A stretch of 32,448 bases of DNA from Escherichia phage HZP2: the sequence record NC_048164.1. One strand, written 5' to 3'. Numbering within the stretch: the stretch's first letter is position 1; every line of letters begins with the position of its first letter. Position numbers and translations under genes: made by a program. This document shows, piece by piece, positions 17,114 to 25,593 of the stretch. The notes under the pieces are model-generated. The model had not been told where the DNA came from. It saw nothing but the letters and a program-made list of their open reading frames with translations, and did no database searches.

Positions 17114-19072
17114 ATGATCGTTTCTGACATCGAAGCTAACGCCCTCTTAGAGAGCGTCACTAAGTTCCACTGCGGGGTTATCTACGACTACTCCACCGCT
17201 GAGTACGTAAGCTACCGTCCGAGTGACTTCGGTGCGTATCTGGATGCGCTGGAAGCCGAGGTTGCACGAGGCGGTCTTATTGTGTTCCACAACGGTCACA
17301 AGTATGACGTTCCAGCATTGACCAAACTGGCTAAGTTACAGCTTAACCGTGAGTTCCACCTACCCCGTGAGAACTGTATTGACACACTTGTGTTGTCACG
17401 CTTGATTCACTCAAACCTGAAAGACACCGATATGGGTCTTCTGCGTTCCGGTAAACTTCCGGGTAAACGCTTTGGGTCTCACGCTTTGGAGGCGTGGGGC
17501 TATCGCTTAGGTGAAATGAAGGGTGAATACAAAGATGACTTTAAGCGTATGCTTGAAGAACAAGGTGAAGAATACGTTGACGGCATGGAGTGGTGGAACT
17601 TCAACGAAGAGATGATGGCCTATAACGTTCAGGACGTTGTGGTCACTAAGGCTCTCCTTGAGAAGCTACTCTCTGACAAACATTACTTCCCTCCTGAGAT
17701 TGACTTTACGGACGTAGGCTACTCTACGTTCTGGTCAGAATCCCTTGAGGCCGTTGATGTTGAACATCGTGCTGCGTGGCTACTCGCTAAGCAAGAGCGA
17801 AATGGATTCCCATTTGACACGAAAGCAATCGAAGAGTTGTACGTAGAGTTGGCTGCCCGCCGCTCTGAGTTGCTCCGCAAATTGACCGAAACGTTCGGCT
17901 CGTGGTATCAGCCTAAGGGTGGCACAGAAATGTTCTGCCATCCGAGGACTGGTAAGCCATTACCTAAATATCCTCGCATTAAGACACCTAAAGTTGGTGG
18001 TATCTTTAAGAAGCCTAAGAACAAGGCACAGCGAGAGGGCCGTGAGCCTTGTGAACTGGATACCCGTGAATACGTTGCTGGTGCTCCATATACTCCTGTA
18101 GAGCACGTAGTGTTTAACCCTTCGTCCCGTGACCACATTCAGAAGAAACTTCAAGAGGCTGGATGGGTCCCCACGAAGTACACCGATAAGGGTGCGCCTG
18201 TGGTGGACGATGAGGTACTCGAAGGAGTACGTGTAGATGACCCTGAGAAGCAAGCCGCTATCGACCTTATTAAAGAATACCTGATGATTCAGAAGAGAAT
18301 CGGTCAGTCTGCTGAGGGAGACAAGGCATGGCTTCGTTACGTTGCTGAGGATGGTAAAATTCATGGTTCTGTTAACCCTAATGGAGCAGTTACGGGTCGT
18401 GCTACCCATGCGTTCCCAAACCTTGCGCAAATTCCGGGTGTACGTTCTCCTTATGGTGAGCAGTGCCGCGCTGCTTTTGGCGCTGAACATCACTTAGATG
18501 GACTTACAGGTAAGCCTTGGGTTCAGGCTGGTATAGACGCCTCCGGTCTGGAGTTACGTTGCTTGGCCCACTTTATGGCTCGCTTTGATAACGGTGAGTA
18601 CGCTCACGAGATTCTTAATGGTGACATTCACACTAAGAATCAGATAGCTGCCGAATTGCCTACCCGTGATAACGCCAAGACGTTCATCTATGGGTTCCTT
18701 TATGGTGCTGGTGATGAGAAGATTGGGCAGATTGTTGGTGCTGGCAAAGAACGCGGTAAGGAACTCAAGAAGAAATTCCTTGAGAACACTCCAGCGATTG
18801 CTGCACTCCGAGAGTCTATCCAACAGACACTCGTTGAGTCATCTCAGTGGGTAGCTGGTGAACAGCAAGTCAAGTGGAAACGCCGCTGGATTAAAGGACT
18901 TGATGGGCGCAAAGTCCATGTCCGTAGTCCTCATGCTGCCCTGAACACCTTGCTGCAATCTGCTGGTGCTCTTATCTGCAAACTGTGGATTATCAAGACC
19001 GAAGAGATGCTCTTAGAGAAAGGCTTGAAGCATGGCTGGGATGGGGACTTTGCGTACATGGCATGGGTGCAT
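17114..19072 (+). CDS. 5: DNA polymerase (T7 gp5 homolog), exon 1 (residues 1-653)
   Basis: [36 protein letters not shown]... near-identical to T7 gp5 up to ..[13 protein letters not shown]. The frame then runs into non-homologous KLSHCAH-stop, while the missing 51 C-terminal residues of gp5 are encoded at 19674-19829. Confidence 0.95.
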
Positions 19073-19673
19073 AAACTATCTCATTGTGCACATTAAATCT
19101 GGTGAACTCGGTGAAACCCTTCTAGGGCAATACCGAGCCAAGCCATAGGGAGGATATATGAGAGGCAAGAAGTTAATCCTTGCGACCACAGAGAGTGGTT
19201 GTATCATCCCTACGTCACACAAACTTAATACTGATGGTTATTTCCGAAAGAAGACGAACGGTGTCCTAGAGATGTATCACAGGACAGTCTGGAAGGAACA
19301 CTACGGAGATATACCAGAAGGGTATGAAGTAGACCACAAGTGTAGGAACAGGGCGTGCTGTAACGTAGAGCACCTCCAGTTATTAGAAGGTTCTGAGCAT
19401 ACAGTCAAGACAAACAGGGAACGATACGCTGACCGTAAAGAGTCCGCGAAGGAACACTGGTTGGAGACTGGATGTACAGGAACACACTTAGGTGAGAAGT
19501 TTGGTGTAACGTTCTCTGCCGCTTGTAAGTGGATTAGAGAGTGGAAGGCGTAGAGACTATCCGAAAGGAGTAGGGCCGAGGGTGAGATTCCCTCGTTACC
19601 CGAAGCGCCAGACAGTCAACTCAAAGGCTGATGATATAGTCCGACACTCCTAGCAATAGGAGAATACAGAAAG
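19073..19673 (+). mobile_element. group I self-splicing intron (601 nt) interrupting DNA polymerase gene 5
   Basis: Exon 1 ends in U (..GUGCAU) and an internal guide-like GTGCAC at 19086-19091 can pair with it with a terminal U.G wobble (P1). P7-like pairing GACTAT (19555-19560) / ATAGTC (19636-19641) with a GAAA tetraloop hairpin between. Intron ends in G (..CAGAAAG) directly before exon 2 GATGAGATT. Joining 19072 to 19674 restores the exact T7 gp5 sequence WVH/DEIQVGC. Confidence 0.85.
19158..19553 (+). CDS. intron-encoded HNH homing endonuclease
   Basis: 131 aa; EGYEVDHKCRNRACCNVEHLQL (HNH motif) with C-terminal helix-turn-helix-like segment; GGGAGG RBS; in a different frame from gene 5; stop TAG lies just before the P7 element. 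Confidence 0.85.
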   Translation: MRGKKLILATTESGCIIPTSHKLNTDGYFRKKTNGVLEMYHRTVWKEHYGDIPEGYEVDHKCRNRACCNVEHLQLLEGSEHTVKTNRERYADRKESAKEHWLETGCTGTHLGEKFGVTFSAACKWIREWKA

Positions 19674-19829
19674 GATGAGATTCAGGTAGGTTGTCGTACC
19701 GAAGAGATTGCTCAGGTGGTCATTGAGACTGCACAGGAAGCGATGCGCTGGGTAGGAGACCACTGGAACTTCCGGTGTCTTCTGGATACCGAAGGTAAGA
19801 TGGGTCCTAATTGGGCTGTATGTCACTAA
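19674..19829 (+). CDS. 5: DNA polymerase (T7 gp5 homolog), exon 2 (C-terminal 51 residues)
   Basis: DEIQVGCRTEEIAQVVIETAQEAMRWVGDHWNFRCLLDTEGKMGPNWAVCH-stop, equals the T7 gp5 C-terminus; no start codon of its own (hence absent from the ORF track). Exon 1 plus exon 2 = 704 aa, the length of T7 gp5. Confidence 0.9.
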   Translation, partial: DEIQVGCRTEEIAQVVIETAQEAMRWVGDHWNFRCLLDTEGKMGPNWAVCH

Positions 19830-19848
19830 TTCTATAGGAGAAATTATT

Positions 19849-20148
19849 ATGGCTATGACCAAGAAATTTAAAGTGTCCTTCGACGTTACCGCTAAGATGA
19901 CATCTGACGTTCAGGCAATCTTAGAGAAAGATATGCTGCACCTGTGTAAGCAGGTTGGCTCCGGTGCTATTGTTCCTAACGGCAAGCAGAAAGAGATGAT
20001 TGTTCAGTTCCTGACTCATGGTATGGAAGGGGTGATGACCTTCATTGTTCGCACAACATTCCGTGAGGCTATCAAGGAAATGAACGAAGAGTATGTCGAT
20101 AAGGACTCCTTCAAGTTATCTCCTACCACTGTACGGGAGGTGTTCTAA
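19849..20148 (+). CDS. 5.5: gp5.5 homolog (H-NS-binding protein in T7)
   Basis: 99 aa MAMTKKFKVSFDVTAKMTSDVQAILEKDMLHLCKQVGSG..., matches T7 gp5.5. Confidence 0.9.
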   Translation: MAMTKKFKVSFDVTAKMTSDVQAILEKDMLHLCKQVGSGAIVPNGKQKEMIVQFLTHGMEGVMTFIVRTTFREAIKEMNEEYVDKDSFKLSPTTVREVF

Positions 20149-20357
20149 TGTCCGACTACCTGAAAGTGCTGCAAGCAATCAAAAGTTGCCCTAAGACTTT
20201 CCAGTCCAACTATGTACGGAACAATGCGAGCCTCGTAGCGGAGGCCGCTTCCCGTGGTCACATCTCATGTCTGACCACAAGTGGACGAAACGGTGGTGCT
20301 TGGGAAATCACTGCTTCTGGTACTCGCTTTCTGAAACGAATGGGAGGGTGTGTCTGA
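20148..20357 (+). CDS. 5.7: gp5.7 homolog
   Basis: 69 aa MSDYLKVLQAIKSCPKTFQSNYVRNNASLVAEAASRGHISCLTTSGRNGGAWEITASGTRFLKRMGGCV, matches T7 gp5.7. Confidence 0.9.
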   Translation: MSDYLKVLQAIKSCPKTFQSNYVRNNASLVAEAASRGHISCLTTSGRNGGAWEITASGTRFLKRMGGCV

Positions 20358-20515
20358 TGATACGTGACACTGTAACAATTCCTCGTGATGCGTGGAACGA
20401 TATGCAGGGTTATATTGATTCTCTGGAACGTGAGAACGATAGCCTTAAGAACCAACTTATGGAAGCTGACGAGTACGTGGCTGAACTAGAGGAGAAACTT
20501 AATGGCGCTTCTTGA
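20357..20515 (+). CDS. 5.9: gp5.9 homolog (RecBCD inhibitor in T7)
   Basis: 52 aa MIRDTVTIPRDAWNDMQGYIDSLERENDSLKNQLMEADEYVAELEEKLNGAS, matches T7 gp5.9; ATG overlaps the 5.7 stop (TGATG). Confidence 0.85.
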   Translation: MIRDTVTIPRDAWNDMQGYIDSLERENDSLKNQLMEADEYVAELEEKLNGAS

Positions 20516-21404
20516 CCTAAAACAATTCTACGAGTTACGTGAAGGCTGTGACGACAAGGGTATCCTCGTTATGGACGGTGACTGGTTGGTCTTCCAAGCG
20601 ATGAGTGCTGCTGAGTTTGATGCCTCATGGGAGGAAGAGATTTGGCACCGCTGCTGTGACCACGCTAAGGCACGTCAGATTCTTGAGGATTCCATCAAGT
20701 CCTACGAGACCCGCAAGAAGGCTTGGGTAGGCGCTCCGATTGTCCTTGCGTTCACAGATAGTGTCAACTGGCGTAAAGAACTGGTAGACCCTAACTACAA
20801 GGCTAACCGTAAGGCCACGAAGAAACCTGTAGGTTACTTTGAGTTCCTTGAGGCTCTCTTTGAGCGTGAAGAGTTCTACTGCATTCGTGAGCCTATGCTT
20901 GAGGGAGATGACGTTATGGGAGTGATTGCTTCCAATCCGTCTGCCTTCGGTGCCCGTAAAGCTGTAATTATCTCATGCGATAAGGACTTTAAGACAATCC
21001 CTAACTGCGACTTCCTATGGTGTACCACTGGTAACATTCTGACTCAGACCGAAGAGTCCGCTGACTGGTGGCACCTCTTCCAGACAATCAAGGGTGACAT
21101 TACCGATGGTTACTCAGGGATTGCCGGATGGGGCGATACTGCCGAGTACTTCTTGAATAACCCGTTCATAACCGAGCCTAAAACGTCTGTGCTTAAGTCT
21201 GGTAAGAATAAGGGGCAGGAGGTAACTAAGTGGGTTAAGCGTGACCCTGAGCCACATGAGACGCTCTGGGACTGCATTAAGTCCATCGGAGCGAAGGCTG
21301 GCATGACCGAAGAGGATGTCATCAAGCAGGGCCAAATGGCTCGAATCCTACGGTTCAATGAGTACAACTTTATTGACAAGGAGATTTACCTGTGGAGACC
21401 GTAG
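20502..21404 (+). CDS. 6: 5'-3' exonuclease (T7 gp6 homolog)
   Basis: 300 aa MALLDLKQFYELREGCDDKGILVMDGDWLVFQAMSAAEFD..., near-identical to T7 gp6. Confidence 0.95.
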   Translation: MALLDLKQFYELREGCDDKGILVMDGDWLVFQAMSAAEFDASWEEEIWHRCCDHAKARQILEDSIKSYETRKKAWVGAPIVLAFTDSVNWRKELVDPNYKANRKATKKPVGYFEFLEALFEREEFYCIREPMLEGDDVMGVIASNPSAFGARKAVIISCDKDFKTIPNCDFLWCTTGNILTQTEESADWWHLFQTIKGDITDGYSGIAGWGDTAEYFLNNPFITEPKTSVLKSGKNKGQEVTKWVKRDPEPHETLWDCIKSIGAKAGMTEEDVIKQGQMARILRFNEYNFIDKEIYLWRP

Positions 21405-21505
21405 CGTATATTGGCATTGGTCTTTGTGTTCTCGGAATGGGCCTCATTGCGTGGGGCCTTTGGGACTTAGCCCGAATAATCAAGTCGTTACACGACATTA
21501 AGTGA
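21392..21505 (+). CDS. 6.3: gp6.3-like small membrane protein
   Basis: 37 codons from GTG at 21392: (M)ETVAYIGIGLCVLGMGLIAWGLWDLARIIKSLHDIK; same size and position as T7 gene 6.3. Start codon is uncertain (no in-frame ATG before residue 16). Confidence 0.5.
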   Translation: METVAYIGIGLCVLGMGLIAWGLWDLARIIKSLHDIK

Positions 21506-21506
21506 T

Positions 21507-21568
21507 AAACTCAAGGTCCCTAAATTAATACGACTCACTATAGGGAGATAGGGGCCTTTATGATTATT
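21507..21568 (+). promoter_or_regulatory. RNase III processing site (R6.5-like) enclosing the phi6.5 promoter
   Basis: AAACTCAAGGTCCC ... GGGGCCTTTATGATTA flanks the promoter, as in T7 R6.5. Confidence 0.55.
21526..21548 (+). promoter_or_regulatory. T7 RNAP promoter (phi6.5-like), consensus class III sequence
   Basis: TAATACGACTCACTATAGGGAGA exact consensus. Confidence 0.9.
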
Positions 21569-21602
21569 ACTTTAAGATTTAACTCTAAGAGGAATCTTTA
21601 TT

Positions 21603-21857
21603 ATGCTAACACCTATTAACCATTTACTTAAGAACCCTAACGATATTCCAGACGTGCCTCGTGCAACCGCTGAGTATCTACAGGTTCGATTCAACCATGC
21701 GTACCTCGAAGCGTCTGGTCATATAGGATTTATGCGTGCTAGTGGTTGTAGTGAAGCCCACATCTTGGGTTTCATTCAGGGCCTACAGTATGCCTCTAAC
21801 ATCATTGACGAGATTGAGATGCGCAAGGAACAACTAAGAGAAGATGGGGAGGATTGA
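21603..21857 (+). CDS. 6.5: gp6.5 homolog
   Basis: 84 aa [84 protein letters not shown], matches T7 gp6.5. Confidence 0.9.
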   Translation: MLTPINHLLKNPNDIPDVPRATAEYLQVRFNHAYLEASGHIGFMRASGCSEAHILGFIQGLQYASNIIDEIEMRKEQLREDGED

Positions 21858-21861
21858 CCTT

Positions 21862-22128
21862 ATGTGTTTCTCACCGAAAGTTAAAGTTCCGAAGATGGAT
21901 ACCAATCAGGTTCGAGCCGTTGAACCAGCGCCTCTGACCCAAGAAGTCTCAGGCGTGGAGTTCGGTGGGTCTTCTGATGAGACGGATACCGAGGGCACCG
22001 AAGTGTCTGGACGCAAAGACCTCAAGGTCGAACGCGACGATTCCGTAGCGAAGTCTAAAGCCGCTGGTTCTGGCTCTGCTCGTATGAAATCTTCAATCCG
22101 TAAGTCTGCATTCGGAGGTAAGAAGTAA
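21862..22128 (+). CDS. 6.7: gp6.7 homolog (virion-associated small protein)
   Basis: 88 aa MCFSPKVKVPKMDTNQVRAVEPAPLTQEVSGVEFGGSSDETDTEGTEVSGRKDLKVERDDSVAKSKAAGSGSARMKSSIRKSAFGGKK, matches T7 gp6.7. Confidence 0.88.
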   Translation: MCFSPKVKVPKMDTNQVRAVEPAPLTQEVSGVEFGGSSDETDTEGTEVSGRKDLKVERDDSVAKSKAAGSGSARMKSSIRKSAFGGKK

Positions 22129-22529
22129 TGTCTGAGTTCACATGTGTGGAGGCGAAAAGTCGCTTCCGTGCAATCCAATGGACTGTAGAGCGCCTTGGGT
22201 TGCCTAAGGGATTCGAAGGACACTTTATTGGTTACAGCCTCTACGTTGACGAAGTTATGGACATGTCTGGTTGTCACGAAGAGTACATTCTGGACTCTAC
22301 CGGAAAACATGTAGCGTACTTCGCGTGGTGCGTAAGCTGTGACATTCACCATAAAGGTGACATTCTGGATATAACGTCCGTTGTCATTAATCCTGAGGCA
22401 GACTCTAGGGGCTTACAGCGATTCTTAGCGAAACGCTTTAAGTGCCTTGCAGAACTCCACGATTGCGATTGGGTGTCTCGTTGTAAACATGAAGGCGAGA
22501 CAATGCGTGTATACTTTAAGGAGGTATAA
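22128..22529 (+). CDS. 7: gp7 homolog (host-range protein)
   Basis: 133 aa MSEFTCVEAKSRFRAIQWTVERLGLPKGFEGHFIGYSLYVDEVMDMSGCHEEY..., matches T7 gp7. Confidence 0.9.
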   Translation: MSEFTCVEAKSRFRAIQWTVERLGLPKGFEGHFIGYSLYVDEVMDMSGCHEEYILDSTGKHVAYFAWCVSCDIHHKGDILDITSVVINPEADSRGLQRFLAKRFKCLAELHDCDWVSRCKHEGETMRVYFKEV

Positions 22530-22532
22530 GTT

Positions 22533-22847
22533 ATGGGTAAGAAAATTAAGAAGGCCGTGAAGAAAGTCACTAAGTCCGTTAAGAAAGCCGTGAAGAAAGT
22601 TACCAAGGAAGTGGCTCGTCCGGTTAAACAGGTTGCTGGTGGTCTGGCCGGTGGTACTGGTGAGGCGCAAGTAGTGGAAGTTCCACAGGCTGCTGCAACT
22701 CCTGCTGCACAGATTGTTGACGTACCTGAGAAAGAGGTTTCCACTGAGGACGAAGCACAGACCGAAAGCGGACGTAAGAAAGCCCGTGCTGGTGGTAAGA
22801 AGTCCCTGAGCGTGGCTCGTAGCTCCGGTGGTGGAATCAATATTTAA
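22533..22847 (+). CDS. 7.3: gp7.3 homolog (tail/adsorption-associated protein)
   Basis: 104 aa MGKKIKKAVKKVTKSVKKAVKKVTKEVARPVKQVAGGLAGGTGEAQVVEV..., Lys-rich repeats as in T7 gp7.3. Confidence 0.9.
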   Translation: MGKKIKKAVKKVTKSVKKAVKKVTKEVARPVKQVAGGLAGGTGEAQVVEVPQAAATPAAQIVDVPEKEVSTEDEAQTESGRKKARAGGKKSLSVARSSGGGINI

Positions 22848-22861
22848 ACAGGAGGTGACAC

Positions 22862-24472
22862 ATGGCTGAGAAGCGTACAGGTCTAGCCGAGGAAGGAGCT
22901 AAGTCGGTCTATGAACGATTGAAGAACGACCGTGCCCCATACGAGACTCGCGCCCAAAACTGCGCTCAGTACACCATTCCGTCCCTCTTCCCTAAGGACT
23001 CCGATAACGCATCTACAGACTACACAACTCCGTGGCAAGCTGTAGGCGCTCGCGGTCTCAATAACTTGGCCTCTAAGCTCATGCTGGCACTCTTCCCTAT
23101 GCAAACGTGGATGAAGCTGACCATCTCTGAGTTTGAGGCCAAACAGTTACTGGATGACCCCGATGGACTCGCTAAGGTTGATGAGGGTCTCTCAATGGTA
23201 GAGCGTATAATCATGAACTACATTGAGTCTAACAGCTACCGAGTGACTCTCTTTGAGGCTCTCAAGCAGTTAGTCGTTGCTGGTAACGTACTGCTGTACC
23301 TACCGGAACCAGAAGGGTCGAACTACAATCCCATGAAGCTGTACCGCTTGTCTTCTTATGTGGTCCAACGAGACGCATTCGGCAACGTTCTGCAAATGGT
23401 GACTCGCGACCAGATAGCTTTCGGGGCACTCCCTGAGGATGTCCGTAAGGCTGTAGAAGGTCAAGGTGGTGAGAAGAAACCTGATGAGACCATTGATGTG
23501 TACACTCACATTTATATGGACGAGGAATCAGGAGAGTATCTCCGCTACGAAGAGGTTGAAGGTATGGAGGTCCAAGGTTCAGATGGGTCGTACCCTAAAG
23601 AGGCTTGTCCATACATCCCGATTCGAATGGTTCGACTAGATGGTGAATCCTATGGTCGTTCGTACATCGAGGAATACTTAGGCGACTTACGGTCCCTTGA
23701 GAATCTCCAAGAGGCTATCGTTAAGATGTCCATGATTAGCTCTAAGGTTATCGGCTTAGTGAATCCTGCTGGTATTACCCAGCCACGCCGACTGACCAAA
23801 GCTCAGACTGGTGACTTCGTTACTGGTCGTCCAGAAGACATCTCGTTCCTCCAACTGGAGAAGCAAGCAGACTTTACTGTGGCTAAGGCCGTCAGTGACG
23901 CTATCGAGGCTCGCCTTTCGTTTGCCTTTATGTTGAACTCTGCTGTTCAGCGCACTGGTGAACGTGTGACCGCCGAAGAGATTCGGTATGTCGCTTCTGA
24001 GCTTGAAGATACTTTAGGTGGTGTCTACTCAATCCTTTCTCAAGAATTACAATTGCCTCTGGTACGAGTGCTCTTGAAGCAACTACAAGCCACGCAACAG
24101 ATTCCTGAGTTACCTAAGGAAGCCGTAGAGCCAACTATTAGTACAGGTCTGGAAGCAATCGGTCGTGGTCAAGACCTTGATAAGCTGGAACGCTGTGTCT
24201 CTGCATGGGCTGCTCTGGCCCCTATGCGTGATGACCCAGACATTAACCTTGCGATGATTAAGTTACGCATTGCTAACGCTATCGGTATTGACACTTCTGG
24301 CATCCTTCTTACCGAAGAGCAGAAGCAACAGAAGATGGCGCAACAGTCTGTGCAAATGGGTATGGATAATGGTGCTGCTGCGCTTGGTCAAGGTATGGCT
24401 GCTCAGGCTACAGCTTCACCTGAGGCTATGGCTGCTGCCGCTGATTCCGTTGGTTTACAGCCGGGCATTTAA
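22862..24472 (+). CDS. 8: head-to-tail connector / portal protein (T7 gp8 homolog)
   Basis: 536 aa MAEKRTGLAEEGAKSVYERLKNDRAPYETRAQNCAQYTIPSLFPKDSDNASTDYTTPWQAVGARGLNNLASKLMLALFP..., near-identical to T7 gp8. Confidence 0.97.
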   Translation: MAEKRTGLAEEGAKSVYERLKNDRAPYETRAQNCAQYTIPSLFPKDSDNASTDYTTPWQAVGARGLNNLASKLMLALFPMQTWMKLTISEFEAKQLLDDPDGLAKVDEGLSMVERIIMNYIESNSYRVTLFEALKQLVVAGNVLLYLPEPEGSNYNPMKLYRLSSYVVQRDAFGNVLQMVTRDQIAFGALPEDVRKAVEGQGGEKKPDETIDVYTHIYMDEESGEYLRYEEVEGMEVQGSDGSYPKEACPYIPIRMVRLDGESYGRSYIEEYLGDLRSLENLQEAIVKMSMISSKVIGLVNPAGITQPRRLTKAQTGDFVTGRPEDISFLQLEKQADFTVAKAVSDAIEARLSFAFMLNSAVQRTGERVTAEEIRYVASELEDTLGGVYSILSQELQLPLVRVLLKQLQATQQIPELPKEAVEPTISTGLEAIGRGQDLDKLERCVSAWAALAPMRDDPDINLAMIKLRIANAIGIDTSGILLTEEQKQQKMAQQSVQMGMDNGAAALGQGMAAQATASPEAMAAAADSVGLQPGI

Positions 24473-24492
24473 TACGACTCACTATAGGGAGA
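24470..24492 (+). promoter_or_regulatory. T7 RNAP promoter (phi9-like), overlapping the gene 8 stop
   Basis: TAATACGACTCACTATAGGGAGA exact consensus. Confidence 0.9.
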
Positions 24493-24571
24493 CCTCATCT
24501 TTGAAATGAGCGATGACAAGAGGTTGGAGTCCTCGGTCTTCCTGTAGTTCAACTTTAAGGAGATAACAATA

Positions 24572-25495
24572 ATGGCTGAATCTAATGCTGATGTATACGC
24601 GTCCTTTGGCGTAAACTCCGCTGTGATGTCTGGTGGTTCCGTTGAGGAACACGAGCAGAATATGCTGGCTCTGGATGTTGCTGCCCGTGATGGCGATGAT
24701 GCAATCGAGTTAGCGTCTGACGAAGTGGAAACTGAGCGTGACCTGTATGACAACTCTGACCCATTCGGTCAAGAGGACGATGAGGGACGCATTCAGGTTC
24801 GCATTGGTGATGGTTCTGAGCCGACTGATGTGGACACTGGGGAAGAAGGTTTTGATGGCACAGAAGGTTCCGAAGAGTTTACTCCGCTTGGTGAAACTCC
24901 AGAAGAACTGGTAGCCGCCTCTGAGCAACTTGGTGAGCACGAAGAGGGCTTCCAAGAGATGATTAACATTGCTGCCGAGCGCGGTATGAGTGCTGAGACC
25001 ATTGAGGCAATCCAGCGCGAGTACGAGGAGAACGAAGAGTTATCCGATGCGTCATACGCTAAGCTGGCTGAAATTGGCTACACTAAGGCTTTCATCGACT
25101 CGTACATTCGCGGTCAAGAAGCTCTGGTGGAGCAGTACGTCAACAGTATCGTTGAGTACGCTGGTGGTCGTGAACGTTTTGACGCACTGTATAATCACCT
25201 TGAGACTCACAACCCTGAGGCTGCACAATCGCTGGACAACGCGTTGACGAATCGCGACTTAGCGACCGTTAAGGCCATCATCAACTTGGCTGGTGAGTCT
25301 CGTGCTAAGGCGTTCGGTCGTAAGCCAACTCGTAGTGTAACCAGTCGAGCTATTCCGGCTAAACCTCAAGCTACTAAGCGTGAAGGGTTTGCTGACCGTA
25401 GCGAGATGATTAAGGCTATGAGTGACCCTCGGTATCGCACTGATGCAAACTATCGCCGTCAAGTCGAACAGAAAGTGATCGACTCGAACTTCTGA
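24572..25495 (+). CDS. 9: capsid assembly / scaffolding protein (T7 gp9 homolog)
   Basis: 307 aa MAESNADVYASFGVNSAVMSGGSVEEHEQNMLALDVAARDGDDAIELASDEVETERDLYDNSDPFGQEDDEG..., acidic, matches T7 gp9. Confidence 0.95.
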   Translation: MAESNADVYASFGVNSAVMSGGSVEEHEQNMLALDVAARDGDDAIELASDEVETERDLYDNSDPFGQEDDEGRIQVRIGDGSEPTDVDTGEEGFDGTEGSEEFTPLGETPEELVAASEQLGEHEEGFQEMINIAAERGMSAETIEAIQREYEENEELSDASYAKLAEIGYTKAFIDSYIRGQEALVEQYVNSIVEYAGGRERFDALYNHLETHNPEAAQSLDNALTNRDLATVKAIINLAGESRAKAFGRKPTRSVTSRAIPAKPQATKREGFADRSEMIKAMSDPRYRTDANYRRQVEQKVIDSNF

Positions 25496-25508
25496 TAGAC
25501 TCTGAAAT

Positions 25509-25531
25509 TAATACGACTCACTATAGGGAGA
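25509..25531 (+). promoter_or_regulatory. T7 RNAP promoter (phi10-like), strong late promoter
   Basis: TAATACGACTCACTATAGGGAGA followed by the stem-loop and the gene 10 RBS (AAGAAGGAGACATACATATG), as in the T7 phi10 leader. Confidence 0.92.
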
Positions 25532-25593
25532 CCATAACAGTTTCCCTTTAGAAATCATTCTTTGTTTAACTTTCTTAAGAAGGAGACATACAT

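Noticed and set aside
17960-18493. 177-aa minus-strand ORF (and other short ORFs on both strands) inside DNA polymerase gene 5
   Set aside because: Embedded in a gene that matches T7 gp5 almost residue for residue; no independent signals.
17114-19829. Intein or programmed frameshift as an explanation for the split DNA polymerase
   Set aside because: The insert is not in frame with the exons (in-frame stop after KLSHCAH, HNH ORF in a different frame), is 601 nt of mostly non-coding structured sequence and shows group I intron features; an intein would be an in-frame protein insertion.
22346-22840. 164-aa minus-strand ORF opposite genes 7 and 7.3, plus similar minus-strand ORFs at 25555-25941 and 31135-31506
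   Set aside because: All are antisense to conserved structural genes; no T7-type or sigma70 promoters were found on the minus strand.
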